A stretch of DNA of 56,722 bases from a virus (lineage: Duplodnaviria; Caudoviricetes), in the IMG/VR virus record IMGVR_UViG_3300042558_002627, positions 1-56,722 of that record; one strand, written 5' to 3'. The notes beneath the pieces were generated by a model. It had not been told where the DNA came from, ran no database searches, and saw only the letters and a list, made by a program, of their open reading frames with translations. The stretch's first letter is position 1. Each line of letters begins with the position of its first letter. Made by a program: the position numbers and the translations under genes. Of this stretch, positions 1 to 9,114 are shown in pieces.

Positions 1-1226
1 CTGCAGGGACTTTCCCAGCAAACGTAGGTGCTAACGGAGAGCGTTTTTACTTAATCTTTGACGAACCTTTGTTTGAAGAAACAAACGTACTTCGTGGCGA
101 AGTTGATGATTACCACTTGTTGGTTAAAAAAGCAATGGACGCAGGTTCTCGTTACAAAGTTGAAGTTGAATTAGTAACTGACAACTCTACTAAATCTGTT
201 CCTTCTGAGGAATTAGCTATCGGTAGTCGTTGGTCTAAATTCTACTCTTTGTCTCCTTCTACATTGTCTTACCAAGGTGCTAAGCCTTACTTTACTTCTC
301 CTTGGAGAATGGAAAACCGTCCTTCTACATTACGTATGGAGTATGAAGTTGCAGGTAACACAATCAACAAAGGTAAAAACGAACCATTAGAGTTTGGATT
401 TGCTTACAAAGGTCAGCAAGAATCAATTTGGATTAACTACCAAGATTTAGTTGCTCACCACCAATGTGAGGAAATGTTCGCTCGTATGTTGATGTACGGT
501 AAGAAAAACTGGACAGCTGATCACAAATACTTGAACAAAGATGACAAAACGAAATATGCTATCGAATCAGGTGCAGGTTTCTTTGAGCAAATCGCTCCAT
601 CTAACGTTCACTACTACAACTCTTATGACCTTGACTGGCATTTAGAATTGTTGTTAGATATGGGTGTTGGGAAAATTGAAAGAGGAAAACGTGTTATTCA
701 CTTGTTAACGGGAGAGTTTGGTGCAATCGAAATTTCGAAACAAATCCAAGCTAAATCAGGAACAGGTAAATTCACTGTAATCTCTGACAAATTCTTAATG
801 TCAAACACAGATCCAGGAAACTTAGGTGGTAAAAACACTAAAGGTTTAATGGAACCACAGTGGAACGTGTACGAATGGTACAATGGAGTTGTTATTATGG
901 TTGAGATCGTTGATTTCTTCGATGATGATGTATACTTCCCACAACGTCACCCTGATGGAAAAGGTCTTGTTGAGTCTCACCGTATCCTTGCTTTGGATTA
1001 TGGAGATAACGCAGGTATCTACCGTGTGAAACCAAAAGGAGTTCCAGATTACAATTGGGCTTATATCCCAGGTATGAGAGATCCATTCTCTCCTGCAGGT
1101 AAAGGTTCGCCGAAAATGGTAGCATCTCCTGTAGACGGATACTCAGTACACTTCCAAAAATGGGGTGGATTGATGATCGAAGACCCTACAAAAGTTGTAG
1201 ACTTACGTCTTTCAGTAGAAAGATAA
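1..1226 (+). CDS. Major capsid protein (crAss-like, HK97-fold), 5'-truncated
   Basis: Frame is open from base 3 (AGTFPANVGANGERFYLIFDEPLFEE...), so the gene starts before the window. Sequence (ENRPSTLRMEY, SGAGFFEQI, YIPGMRDPFSP, IEDPTK) and position at the head of a crAss-type structural module fit an MCP. A hairpin follows. Confidence 0.8.
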   Translation, partial: AGTFPANVGANGERFYLIFDEPLFEETNVLRGEVDDYHLLVKKAMDAGSRYKVEVELVTDNSTKSVPSEELAIGSRWSKFYSLSPSTLSYQGAKPYFTSPWRMENRPSTLRMEYEVAGNTINKGKNEPLEFGFAYKGQQESIWINYQDLVAHHQCEEMFARMLMYGKKNWTADHKYLNKDDKTKYAIESGAGFFEQIAPSNVHYYNSYDLDWHLELLLDMGVGKIERGKRVIHLLTGEFGAIEISKQIQAKSGTGKFTVISDKFLMSNTDPGNLGGKNTKGLMEPQWNVYEWYNGVVIMVEIVDFFDDDVYFPQRHPDGKGLVESHRILALDYGDNAGIYRVKPKGVPDYNWAYIPGMRDPFSPAGKGSPKMVASPVDGYSVHFQKWGGLMIEDPTKVVDLRLSVER

Positions 1227-1243
1227 TAACTATAGAAATGTAT

Positions 1244-1278
1244 CCCCTTGGAGCTAATCACTCCGAGGGGGCATTTTT
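1244..1278 (+). terminator. Putative intrinsic terminator after MCP
   Basis: CCCCTTGGAG-ctaatca-CTCCGAGGGG stem (one G-U pair) followed by gcATTTTT. Confidence 0.65.
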
Positions 1279-1306
1279 AAAAGAGAATTAATTAAGACAG
1301 CAAAAA

Positions 1307-2245
1307 ATGGAAACACAGACAGCAAAAGACGTGGTTTACGGTTCATTCTTACAAAACAGAATTGTAGCTATAAAACCAGTAGAATCATCAGGGAAATGGA
1401 GTACCCTATTAGTACAAGGACAGGATAACAAAAAAGATCCTTTCATGTACAACAAAGCAAAACGAAGCTTCCAAGTTCCACTTAACAGTGCAGCATTTGG
1501 AGGAGGAGTTAAAGTAATTTTAGACGATCAGAAGAGAGTTAAAATTCAAAAATACATGGAGTCTTTTCCTAACGGAATGACTCAAAAAGAGTTCTTTGAA
1601 AAAGAGTTAGGTGTAGATTTAAATCCTACACTAAAACAAGAAGACAACTTCTGGAGAACTGATAGACGTGGACGTGTGATTCTAACTAAAGAAGGAATCT
1701 CATTAAACTTAAATCAGTCTTTAGATATGTTAAAGTACTTGATTTTATTAGCAAACAAATCTCTTATCTCGCCATCATACGATGATAGAAATTTGAAAGC
1801 TACTTACGAGTTTATGGTCGTAGACGAAAGTAAGGTTACTACTAAGAAATTAGAAGAAGCACAAGTACGAGCTCAAGCTTGGGCAAAATATGCTGAAGTT
1901 ACTAACAGTAAGAAAGCTACTATCGGATTTATTAAATCTCTAGGTAGAACTATACCTGCTACTGCTTCAGACGAGTGGTTGAAAAATGAAGTCTTGAATA
2001 TAGTGGATACCAATCCTACATATTTCTTAGAAATCGTTAATCACCCACAATACTCTGAAAGAATCTTTGTTCAAGAAGCTGTAGAAGCTGGAGCAATTAT
2101 TCGTAAAGGAGAAAAACGTTATACCTTGGATAACGGTTCAGAATTAGGGGACATGACTGATGTTATTCAGTACTTGCTTAATCCTGATAACCAAGAGGTT
2201 AAACTTAGAATTAAAGCAAAAATTGATTTGACAAAACGTAATTAA
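1307..2245 (+). CDS. Conserved crAss-like protein immediately downstream of MCP, function unknown
   Basis: 312 aa ORF with A-rich leader, in the position of the conserved post-MCP gene of crAss-like phages. Confidence 0.6.
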   Translation: METQTAKDVVYGSFLQNRIVAIKPVESSGKWSTLLVQGQDNKKDPFMYNKAKRSFQVPLNSAAFGGGVKVILDDQKRVKIQKYMESFPNGMTQKEFFEKELGVDLNPTLKQEDNFWRTDRRGRVILTKEGISLNLNQSLDMLKYLILLANKSLISPSYDDRNLKATYEFMVVDESKVTTKKLEEAQVRAQAWAKYAEVTNSKKATIGFIKSLGRTIPATASDEWLKNEVLNIVDTNPTYFLEIVNHPQYSERIFVQEAVEAGAIIRKGEKRYTLDNGSELGDMTDVIQYLLNPDNQEVKLRIKAKIDLTKRN

Positions 2246-2247
2246 TT

Positions 2248-3012
2248 ATGACTGCAAACGAAATGGCTGATAAATTGGATGAGAAACTAGACAGAATGGA
2301 TAGTTTCGGATCTCCAGGATATGAAGACTTTGATTATTCTTCAGTTCTTACTGAAGCCGCGCAGTTGTATGTTAAAAAATATTTTGACGAATTAAACAAT
2401 AGAAAAGGCAAAGGCTTTGAAGAAATTGAAATAAGAAATCAAGGATTAGGAGCATTAGTAAAGGATGCTCCTTCCTTGACTCCTTCAGCATCACAAGTTG
2501 GCGTTATCGTCAATACTAATGTAACAGGGAAGTTCTTTGATTTACCGACAGATCACATGTATACTATATACGAGGAGTGTGTAATTAATAAGCAAGAATG
2601 TGGAACTAATAATCCAATCGTAGCTTACGTAATACCAGTCGCGCATACAGAAATGCAAAGATTTAATTGGAGTAAATATAAAAGACCTTTTTACAAAAAT
2701 TACGGCGACTGTAGAGTTTGGCGCTCAGAATTCTCAAGACAAGTAACAGGAATTCTGCCATCAGCTCCAGCAACAGCCAAAAGACATGAGATCTTTACAG
2801 ATGGAACATTCGATATAGTAACTTACCATATGCGATATGTTAAAAATCCTAAAGATATAGTAGTAGACAGAACAACTACTGCTAACCAACGTAACTGTGA
2901 GTTAGACGAGTCTACACACGTAGTTATAATTGACATAGCTGTAAGCTTAATGTCAGACAGAATTAGAGAACAAAGATTACAAAACATAGAGCAGTTTAAA
3001 GAGCTCGAATAA
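2248..3012 (+). CDS. Putative tail ring / head-tail connector protein
   Basis: 254 aa; SPGYE, YVKNPKDI and CELDESTHVVIIDIAV motifs resemble crAss ring proteins; synteny. Confidence 0.6.
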   Translation: MTANEMADKLDEKLDRMDSFGSPGYEDFDYSSVLTEAAQLYVKKYFDELNNRKGKGFEEIEIRNQGLGALVKDAPSLTPSASQVGVIVNTNVTGKFFDLPTDHMYTIYEECVINKQECGTNNPIVAYVIPVAHTEMQRFNWSKYKRPFYKNYGDCRVWRSEFSRQVTGILPSAPATAKRHEIFTDGTFDIVTYHMRYVKNPKDIVVDRTTTANQRNCELDESTHVVIIDIAVSLMSDRIREQRLQNIEQFKELE

Positions 3013-3044
3013 TTAACAATAATAATAATTAAAACTTAAAAACA

Positions 3045-4322
3045 ATGTTAAGAAAAGCTAACAACGTATTCAGCGTTATTCTTGATGATGTTACTGTCAC
3101 TACCACTTTTAGTGCTGGAGATCTTGTAACAGATGCAAACTTACCGAAAGGTGGTGTAGTATTAGTAGACTTGGGTAACCGTTTCTTGGGAACAAGTGCT
3201 TATGCAGCTTTGGCAAATGGAGCTCAATTCCGAATTGTACAAGGTAAAGGAGTTGGTGTTCCTTTAATGAAAACACCTGTTCTTACTAAAGGGAACACTA
3301 AAATGACAATTGCTAAGCACAAGCCAGCAGTTCAACAAGTTACTACTATTGGTTACAATGGTACAACTGGAGCTTTGCCTGTAGCAAGCAACACAGATTT
3401 CTGGATCAAAATCCGTAAAAGAGATAATGATGCAGCTAACCGTTCTCAACCTTTTAGTTTATTTGCTGGACCAGTTCGTACTGACGCAACAGGTACTCAA
3501 GCAGAATTAGCTTCTATGTTAGTTAGAAACGGATGGCAAAACTTTAAAGACGAGCCAGCTAATCAATACTTGAAATTTGAAGCTACTTGTGATGCAGCAG
3601 GAGCTGTACCAACAACTACTACTACTTTTGCAGCAGTAAATGGTTCTCGTACAGTAACAGTAGATGCATTGCCAGGTAACGTTGCTGTAGGTGATTATAT
3701 TCGTCTTGAAGGTACAGCTGTAAGTAGCCCAGTTTACAAAGTAACAGGTCTTTCAGGTCTTAGTATGGTATTAGATTCTCCATTTACAGGAGCAACTGCA
3801 ACTTACGCTGTAGCGGCTACACGTCGTATCACAGCTGTATTAGCTGCTGCTGCTAACTTTGGAGTTCGTATCACAGGTATCGCTGCACCATTTAATGTAA
3901 ACACTTTCCGTGATTACTATGCAAATCGTTTCACTGCAACTTTCTCTGATTCTACTGCATTAGTTACAGCTACAATGGGAGCTCGTAATGGTAGTGGAGT
4001 TTGGCAACAAGTTGCTATGGATGAGTATATGTCTTACGGTTTCGAAGGAGAAAACAACCAATTGGCTGTTCCTTCTATCCCTCGTGACCAAGATGTAAAA
4101 ATCCCAGGTATCGGAGGTGTAACAGCTGCAACAGCACGTTACTCTTCATTAGATATCTCTTGGGAAGAATCTATGATGGGTCTTGTTAATTTAGCAGGCG
4201 GAAAAGGAAATGTAGTATTCTACGTTAACTTGAACGGTTCTGGTAACTTATCAGGTACAGGATCTACAGGTGAAATCTTAGTTACAAACTTAGGATTGAC
4301 TCCAGCAGATTTTAACGCGTAA
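3045..4322 (+). CDS. Putative auxiliary capsid / structural protein
   Basis: 425 aa, rich in Ala/Thr/Gly beta-type sequence, with codon usage resembling the MCP; followed by a terminator; syntenic with the crAss auxiliary capsid gene. Confidence 0.55.
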   Translation: MLRKANNVFSVILDDVTVTTTFSAGDLVTDANLPKGGVVLVDLGNRFLGTSAYAALANGAQFRIVQGKGVGVPLMKTPVLTKGNTKMTIAKHKPAVQQVTTIGYNGTTGALPVASNTDFWIKIRKRDNDAANRSQPFSLFAGPVRTDATGTQAELASMLVRNGWQNFKDEPANQYLKFEATCDAAGAVPTTTTTFAAVNGSRTVTVDALPGNVAVGDYIRLEGTAVSSPVYKVTGLSGLSMVLDSPFTGATATYAVAATRRITAVLAAAANFGVRITGIAAPFNVNTFRDYYANRFTATFSDSTALVTATMGARNGSGVWQQVAMDEYMSYGFEGENNQLAVPSIPRDQDVKIPGIGGVTAATARYSSLDISWEESMMGLVNLAGGKGNVVFYVNLNGSGNLSGTGSTGEILVTNLGLTPADFNA

Positions 4323-4335
4323 TTCTCCAACCCTC

Positions 4336-4387
4336 AGTAGCCTGCCACGAAATTTTGCTGTCGAGTGGTGGGCTACTATATTTTTTT
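4336..4387 (+). terminator. Intrinsic terminator
   Basis: AGTAGCCTGCCAC...GTGGTGGGCTACT 13-bp stem (two G-U pairs) followed by ATATTTTTTT. Confidence 0.7.
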
Positions 4388-4388
4388 A

Positions 4389-4396
4389 TATCTTTG
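4389..4396 (+). promoter_or_regulatory. Bacteroidota sigmaA-type -7 promoter element (TAnnTTTG)
   Basis: TATCTTTG in the intergenic region, just after the terminator and 16 nt before ATG 4413; no clear -33 TTTG. Confidence 0.55.
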
Positions 4397-4412
4397 ATAA
4401 AATTTTATTCCT

Positions 4413-5240
4413 ATGAGTTTAATTCCTCAAATATCTCTATCACTAGGCAATAGATGTAATACTGTTACAATTGAAGAATTGACAGGAGTATATGTTTCAA
4501 CTACTAACGTTGGCGGATGGGGTACTCCTAACATAAATACAAATGCTGTAACTTATGCTGCAGTAAACGTATTTCCTTCAACAGGAGCTGTAGTAAGTGC
4601 AATATGCACAGGATCAATCTCAGGAACTTTATTCACAGATACTACCCACCTTTCAGGTAATTTTGCTGTAGGTCAAATGCTTACAGGAACTGGTATTATA
4701 CCAGGAACAATGATTGTTGCTGTAATCACAGGAACAGGTAATAACAACGGAGGAACTTATATTGTAAATTATTCACAAACAGTAGGACCTATTACAATTA
4801 GTGGGACTCCTGTAATGGGAACTTACATATTAAAAAATGGTACAATAAACGTTTACTCAGGTAACATTACTGCTCCTACACCTGCACCATTCATTGCTCT
4901 CGAAGACCAATCTTGGTCTAATCCAGATGGAATTTACGAAATTGTTTATACTGTTACTAACGGTACTAATGTATATACAAACGAAACTCAACACCAATTA
5001 TTCTTATGTAACCTTTGCAGTTGTAAAGATAATTTAGTGATGAAACTTCTTAACGCTTGTTCTTCACCTGCTACTATTAAGCTTAAAGAACAAGTAGACC
5101 AAATGGAAATGTTTATTTATGGAATCGAATCAGCTTTTAGTTGTGGAGATTTTGACACTGCTGAAAACATTTTAACAGCAGCTTCAACTTATTGTCAAAC
5201 AGTATCTGATTGCAGCGGCTGTGGCTGTGGAGGATGTTAA
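4413..5240 (+). CDS. Putative tail hub / fibre-docking protein with Cys-rich C-terminus
   Basis: 275 aa; WSNPDGIYEIVY; ends CQTVSDCSGCGCGGC; position before the fibre genes. Confidence 0.5.
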   Translation: MSLIPQISLSLGNRCNTVTIEELTGVYVSTTNVGGWGTPNINTNAVTYAAVNVFPSTGAVVSAICTGSISGTLFTDTTHLSGNFAVGQMLTGTGIIPGTMIVAVITGTGNNNGGTYIVNYSQTVGPITISGTPVMGTYILKNGTINVYSGNITAPTPAPFIALEDQSWSNPDGIYEIVYTVTNGTNVYTNETQHQLFLCNLCSCKDNLVMKLLNACSSPATIKLKEQVDQMEMFIYGIESAFSCGDFDTAENILTAASTYCQTVSDCSGCGCGGC

Positions 5241-5251
5241 TATAATGTATT

Positions 5252-5764
5252 ATGTGTAAATGTAAAGATTGTAAAGGTTTAACGCTTTTAAAAGGAAGTG
5301 ATGGTAGAGGAATTGTTTCCATTACAAATAATGAAGATGGTACATTTACTTTTCTATATACAGACGGTACAACTTATATTTCACCTGATTTAACAGGTCC
5401 TCAAGGTGAGCCAGGAACTGATGGCACAGATGGTACAGACGGTACTGATGGAACTAATGGAACAAATGCTTATAAATTTACTAGAAGATTTTTTATGGCA
5501 GAAGGCGGGGTAGTTACTATTGCTAGATCCGTTTTACTTGGATGTTCTGCATTACCTGTAGGATGTTTTGGTTTAGAGACTTTTGCTTCTTTATTAGATT
5601 TTCATGTTCAAATTTGGACAAATAATGCAGAAACTCCTTCCGATATTTGGACTTTAGATAATACTAGTTTTGATGTTGCTGTAAATAATGCTACAGGATT
5701 AATAACTATTACTAGAATTGCGGGAAGTATAGACCTTTATATAAGAGTTGTAATATTAGCGTAA
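5252..5764 (+). CDS. Collagen-like repeat tail/fibre protein
   Basis: Starts MCKCKDC; contains DLTGPQGEPG(TDG)4TNGTN Gly-X-Y repeat. Confidence 0.6.
   Translation: MCKCKDCKGLTLLKGSDGRGIVSITNNEDGTFTFLYTDGTTYISPDLTGPQGEPGTDGTDGTDGTDGTNGTNAYKFTRRFFMAEGGVVTIARSVLLGCSALPVGCFGLETFASLLDFHVQIWTNNAETPSDIWTLDNTSFDVAVNNATGLITITRIAGSIDLYIRVVILA
5396..5467 (+). repeat. 9-nt coding repeat (Gly-X-Y, mostly GTD)
   Basis: ggaactgat ggcacagat ggtacagac ggtactgat ggaactaat ggaacaaat. Confidence 0.8.
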
Positions 5765-6048
5765 TGAGCTGTTCTACTACCATAGAAATAACTGAGGATA
5801 TGAATCCTGAAGTTGCATGCTTTATTACTTTAGTATGGCAGTCACAATGTGACTTTGCTCAATGTGTACAGTCTTATTTAACTCAAATGCAGTTTGGAAT
5901 TTTTAATTGCGAAGCATTAGAAAATTTAAAAAATAAAAGAAGAGCATTAGAAATACTTAACTGTTACGATGTTAGAGATATTCCTAATGATACTACAGAG
6001 TACAACTTCTTTACATATAATCAAATGAAAAAACTTTTAAACTCATAA
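5764..6048 (+). CDS. Small Cys-containing structural protein (possible second tail hub subunit)
   Basis: 94 aa, TAATG-coupled to the upstream gene. Confidence 0.4.
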   Translation: MSCSTTIEITEDMNPEVACFITLVWQSQCDFAQCVQSYLTQMQFGIFNCEALENLKNKRRALEILNCYDVRDIPNDTTEYNFFTYNQMKKLLNS

Positions 6049-6050
6049 TC

Positions 6051-7964
6051 ATGAATATTAATAAAAAACTTAGTCAAAACGGAGAGCATGAGACTAATGC
6101 TGGAATAGACTTATACAAAAGTAGAAATACAGGAGACTTAGAATATAAGGACCATTACGGTAAAACTGTAACTATTGCTGACCATACTTATGTAGAAACA
6201 AGTATGCAAGAAGTTATAAATAATATTCAAGATGGGTTTACTTTAGATTTTAAAAAAGATTCAGTAGGACCTAAAGTAAGTTTTATAAAAGCAAGCGGCA
6301 GTGATCCTGACAATCCTGAGCATAGAGATATTATTATTCCTGGGTTATTAGAAATTACTCGTAGAAATTCTGGAGGTATTTTTAATTATGCTTACGAAGA
6401 AAGTTTTGATGGAGAAGTTAGCCCTCTTCATACTGCTTGGAATACTCAGTATGTAGATGCTGAAAATACTACTTGGGCTCCATTAGCAAATATTTCTAAT
6501 AGAACTTTTACTGTTTGGAGAGAAGCTATTGTAATGCCTTCAGGTAGTTCTGTGGCCCCCCAATATGTAGGAATTAAAACAGTAATGCAGTTTACTAATC
6601 CTGAATCAGGAGAAACTCGTTATTGGTTATTTGAGTTTACTTATTGGGGAATAGGAAATGACGATGATTATGGTTTTGGTTATGATCGTTATGAAATCTT
6701 TCCTTCTGTTTTCTTTGAGCAACCATCTGCTGCTAATACAAATACTCCACAAACTATTGATATTATTTCTGAAGGAGTACATTTAACAAGAAATACTAAT
6801 GGGGGTAGTTTATATAATATTTTAGTAGAAAATAATAACAATAATGGAGTATCTCCAAAAAATACTCGTTGGAATAGTGTGTATACAGATACTCGCTCAC
6901 AGTATAATGGTTTTGCTGATTTATCAAATGTAAAATCTCGTGTTTATTCAAGTTTTAATCATGCTTTAGATGATAATGTAAATGACAATATAGATTCAAC
7001 TAAATTAATAATGCATGATTTAACTACCGATTTATATTGGAAAATTGTATTTAATAGTTGGGACAATTCAGGAGCAGATCCAGGAGGAGTCAATACTTGG
7101 ACTGTCACAAATGCAGGTTCAGGATATGAAAATGGAGATTACTACTTAAATGGTACAGGAGGCACAGGAGCAGAGTTTTCAGTATATATTACTGTTGTTG
7201 ATGGAGTACCTACTATTCTTTACAGTGGATATAGTGGATATGATTATACTGTAGGTGACGTAATAACTTTTCCTGGAGACGGTATTGATAATATGTTAAC
7301 TATAGTAATAGATAGCATTTACACTAACGGAGGTTTTAGCTATTATCGTCAAGTTATTCCTCAAGGAGATGCTGTTAAATTTGCTGATGGAACAGAATTA
7401 GATAGTGGACTATTTAATAGTTGTCCTGAAGGAAGTACAATTAATACAGAAATATATGGAACATTCCCATGGATCCTTGCTCCGACTATGTCTAAAATTT
7501 GTACAAAAGTAATAGATATCAATGATAATCCTGGTTTTCAAGGATATAGAGTAAATGCTTCATATCTTGTACAAGAAGATAATTTTGTCGTTGCTTATGT
7601 AGGAACTATAGTAGTAGAGAGTCCTACAATGTTATCTGAAGAATTATCTTGGAAAATTACAGGAAATCTAATAAGTAGAGCAGATGATATATTACCACAG
7701 TCTACTGTTAATTCTGGATTTGCTAATGGGGCTACAATATGGGATAATGATAATGGAAGAACAATTCCAATCGATTTAGTAGACATACTAATTCCTACAG
7801 CAGAAGAGGTAGACGGTGTATTCTACTATGATCTTTTCTTAATAGCAGCATCAGGTGCTACTAGATTAGATGGAGAGCCAATTCTTTTTTCTACTGTAAT
7901 TAATTTTGAATTAGAAGTTTTAATTACAAAAGGAGACACTGTAAATTTTGTACAGTTTATATAA
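6051..7964 (+). CDS. Putative tail fibre / receptor-binding protein with an internal domain duplication
   Basis: 637 aa; two copies of a DII...TR...GG..N...SP..T.WN...YW...F..W...GF.Y.R module; VTNAGSGY segment typical of phage tail proteins. Confidence 0.55.
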   Translation: MNINKKLSQNGEHETNAGIDLYKSRNTGDLEYKDHYGKTVTIADHTYVETSMQEVINNIQDGFTLDFKKDSVGPKVSFIKASGSDPDNPEHRDIIIPGLLEITRRNSGGIFNYAYEESFDGEVSPLHTAWNTQYVDAENTTWAPLANISNRTFTVWREAIVMPSGSSVAPQYVGIKTVMQFTNPESGETRYWLFEFTYWGIGNDDDYGFGYDRYEIFPSVFFEQPSAANTNTPQTIDIISEGVHLTRNTNGGSLYNILVENNNNNGVSPKNTRWNSVYTDTRSQYNGFADLSNVKSRVYSSFNHALDDNVNDNIDSTKLIMHDLTTDLYWKIVFNSWDNSGADPGGVNTWTVTNAGSGYENGDYYLNGTGGTGAEFSVYITVVDGVPTILYSGYSGYDYTVGDVITFPGDGIDNMLTIVIDSIYTNGGFSYYRQVIPQGDAVKFADGTELDSGLFNSCPEGSTINTEIYGTFPWILAPTMSKICTKVIDINDNPGFQGYRVNASYLVQEDNFVVAYVGTIVVESPTMLSEELSWKITGNLISRADDILPQSTVNSGFANGATIWDNDNGRTIPIDLVDILIPTAEEVDGVFYYDLFLIAASGATRLDGEPILFSTVINFELEVLITKGDTVNFVQFI

Positions 7965-7999
7965 TTCATTAAACTAATTAAAATTTTAAAAATAACATT

Positions 8000-8191
8000 A
8001 TGACAAATTTAATTCCATCAGAAGATAAATGGCCTAGCCCTTCTACAGAAAATACAGCAGAAACCTCCACTTTTATTGGAAAAGAACCAGATAGAAGAGA
8101 AAAAATAGCTCAAATGCGAAGAACATTAAAAGAAAATCTTATTGCTAAATATAGTGATAAGGAAGGTGCTGCAGTTAAACCAAGAATTTAA
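8000..8191 (+). CDS. Hypothetical protein
   Basis: 63 aa ORF filling the intergenic space, with A-rich leader. Confidence 0.5.
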   Translation: MTNLIPSEDKWPSPSTENTAETSTFIGKEPDRREKIAQMRRTLKENLIAKYSDKEGAAVKPRI

Positions 8192-8203
8192 TAAAATAAA
8201 ATC

Positions 8204-8554
8204 ATGCCAAATAGAGAAGTCACAATAGCAGGAGGTCCTAATAATACCAAAGCAATGGTAACAGGGCAGCAAGAATTAGTAGTAAAAATTAATTCTTCAA
8301 GTCCAGGAGCATTTACTCCATCAGGAATAGTAAAAACTCCTACAATTAGTCGTCCATCAAATACTACAGGTACAATTGCTGCAGGAGCTAATGCTGTATC
8401 AATTGCTAATGTTGGAGCAGCAGATGGAACAGTTGCAACAGTTACATTAAAAGCTGGAGAAACTATCAATTTTGATGCAGGTGCTAATAACACTTTAACT
8501 TCAATTGCATATGTTGCAACAGGAACTGAGTTTTTAATTATTACTATTTCTTAA
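8204..8554 (+). CDS. Small beta-rich structural (tail accessory) protein
   Basis: 116 aa, Ala/Thr/Gly rich, within the tail cluster. Confidence 0.5.
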   Translation: MPNREVTIAGGPNNTKAMVTGQQELVVKINSSSPGAFTPSGIVKTPTISRPSNTTGTIAAGANAVSIANVGAADGTVATVTLKAGETINFDAGANNTLTSIAYVATGTEFLIITIS

Positions 8555-9114
8555 TGTCTACACGTATAGACATAGATAAATACACTCAAAATCCATTGGG
8601 GTATCTGAGTAGACTGTATACACAGACTAACTCTAGTACCCCTATAACTAATACAGCTGTAGAAACTTCTTTGTTAGACGGTGGTTTAGGTACTCTTACT
8701 GTTCCTGCTGACGGATTTAGAGTTGGAGATAGCTTCCATGCTGTACTTACAGGACATATTAGTTCAGTAAACAATCATACGTTACGCATTAGAGTTAAAA
8801 CTGATGGAATTGTATTAGCTGATACAGGAGTAATCACAATGGCATCAACAACCGCTAAGCATTGGAAATTAGAGGTTGAGTTTGTTGTTAGAGCGATAGG
8901 AACTTCAGGGGTAGCTAAAATTGCTACAGGCGGAGCTTTCTTCTACACAAAGAATGCGTCTAATGCATTTGAAGGAACTAACTTCTCTACTGAAACATCT
9001 ACAGGGTTCAATACTACGATAAGCAATACATTAGCAATCACCGCACAATGGGGACAAGCAAATGCAGGAGACTCTATTTATTCAGAAATTTTCACATTAA
9101 ACAAAACTTATTAA
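8554..9114 (+). CDS. Putative tail fibre/spike subunit
   Basis: 186 aa, beta-rich, TAATG-coupled at both ends. Confidence 0.5.
   Translation: MSTRIDIDKYTQNPLGYLSRLYTQTNSSTPITNTAVETSLLDGGLGTLTVPADGFRVGDSFHAVLTGHISSVNNHTLRIRVKTDGIVLADTGVITMASTTAKHWKLEVEFVVRAIGTSGVAKIATGGAFFYTKNASNAFEGTNFSTETSTGFNTTISNTLAITAQWGQANAGDSIYSEIFTLNKTY

Noticed and set aside
9048-9113. ORF-track start at 9048
   Set aside because: It overlaps the upstream gene by 67 nt; ATG 9114 gives TAATG coupling and the shared MST N-terminus.
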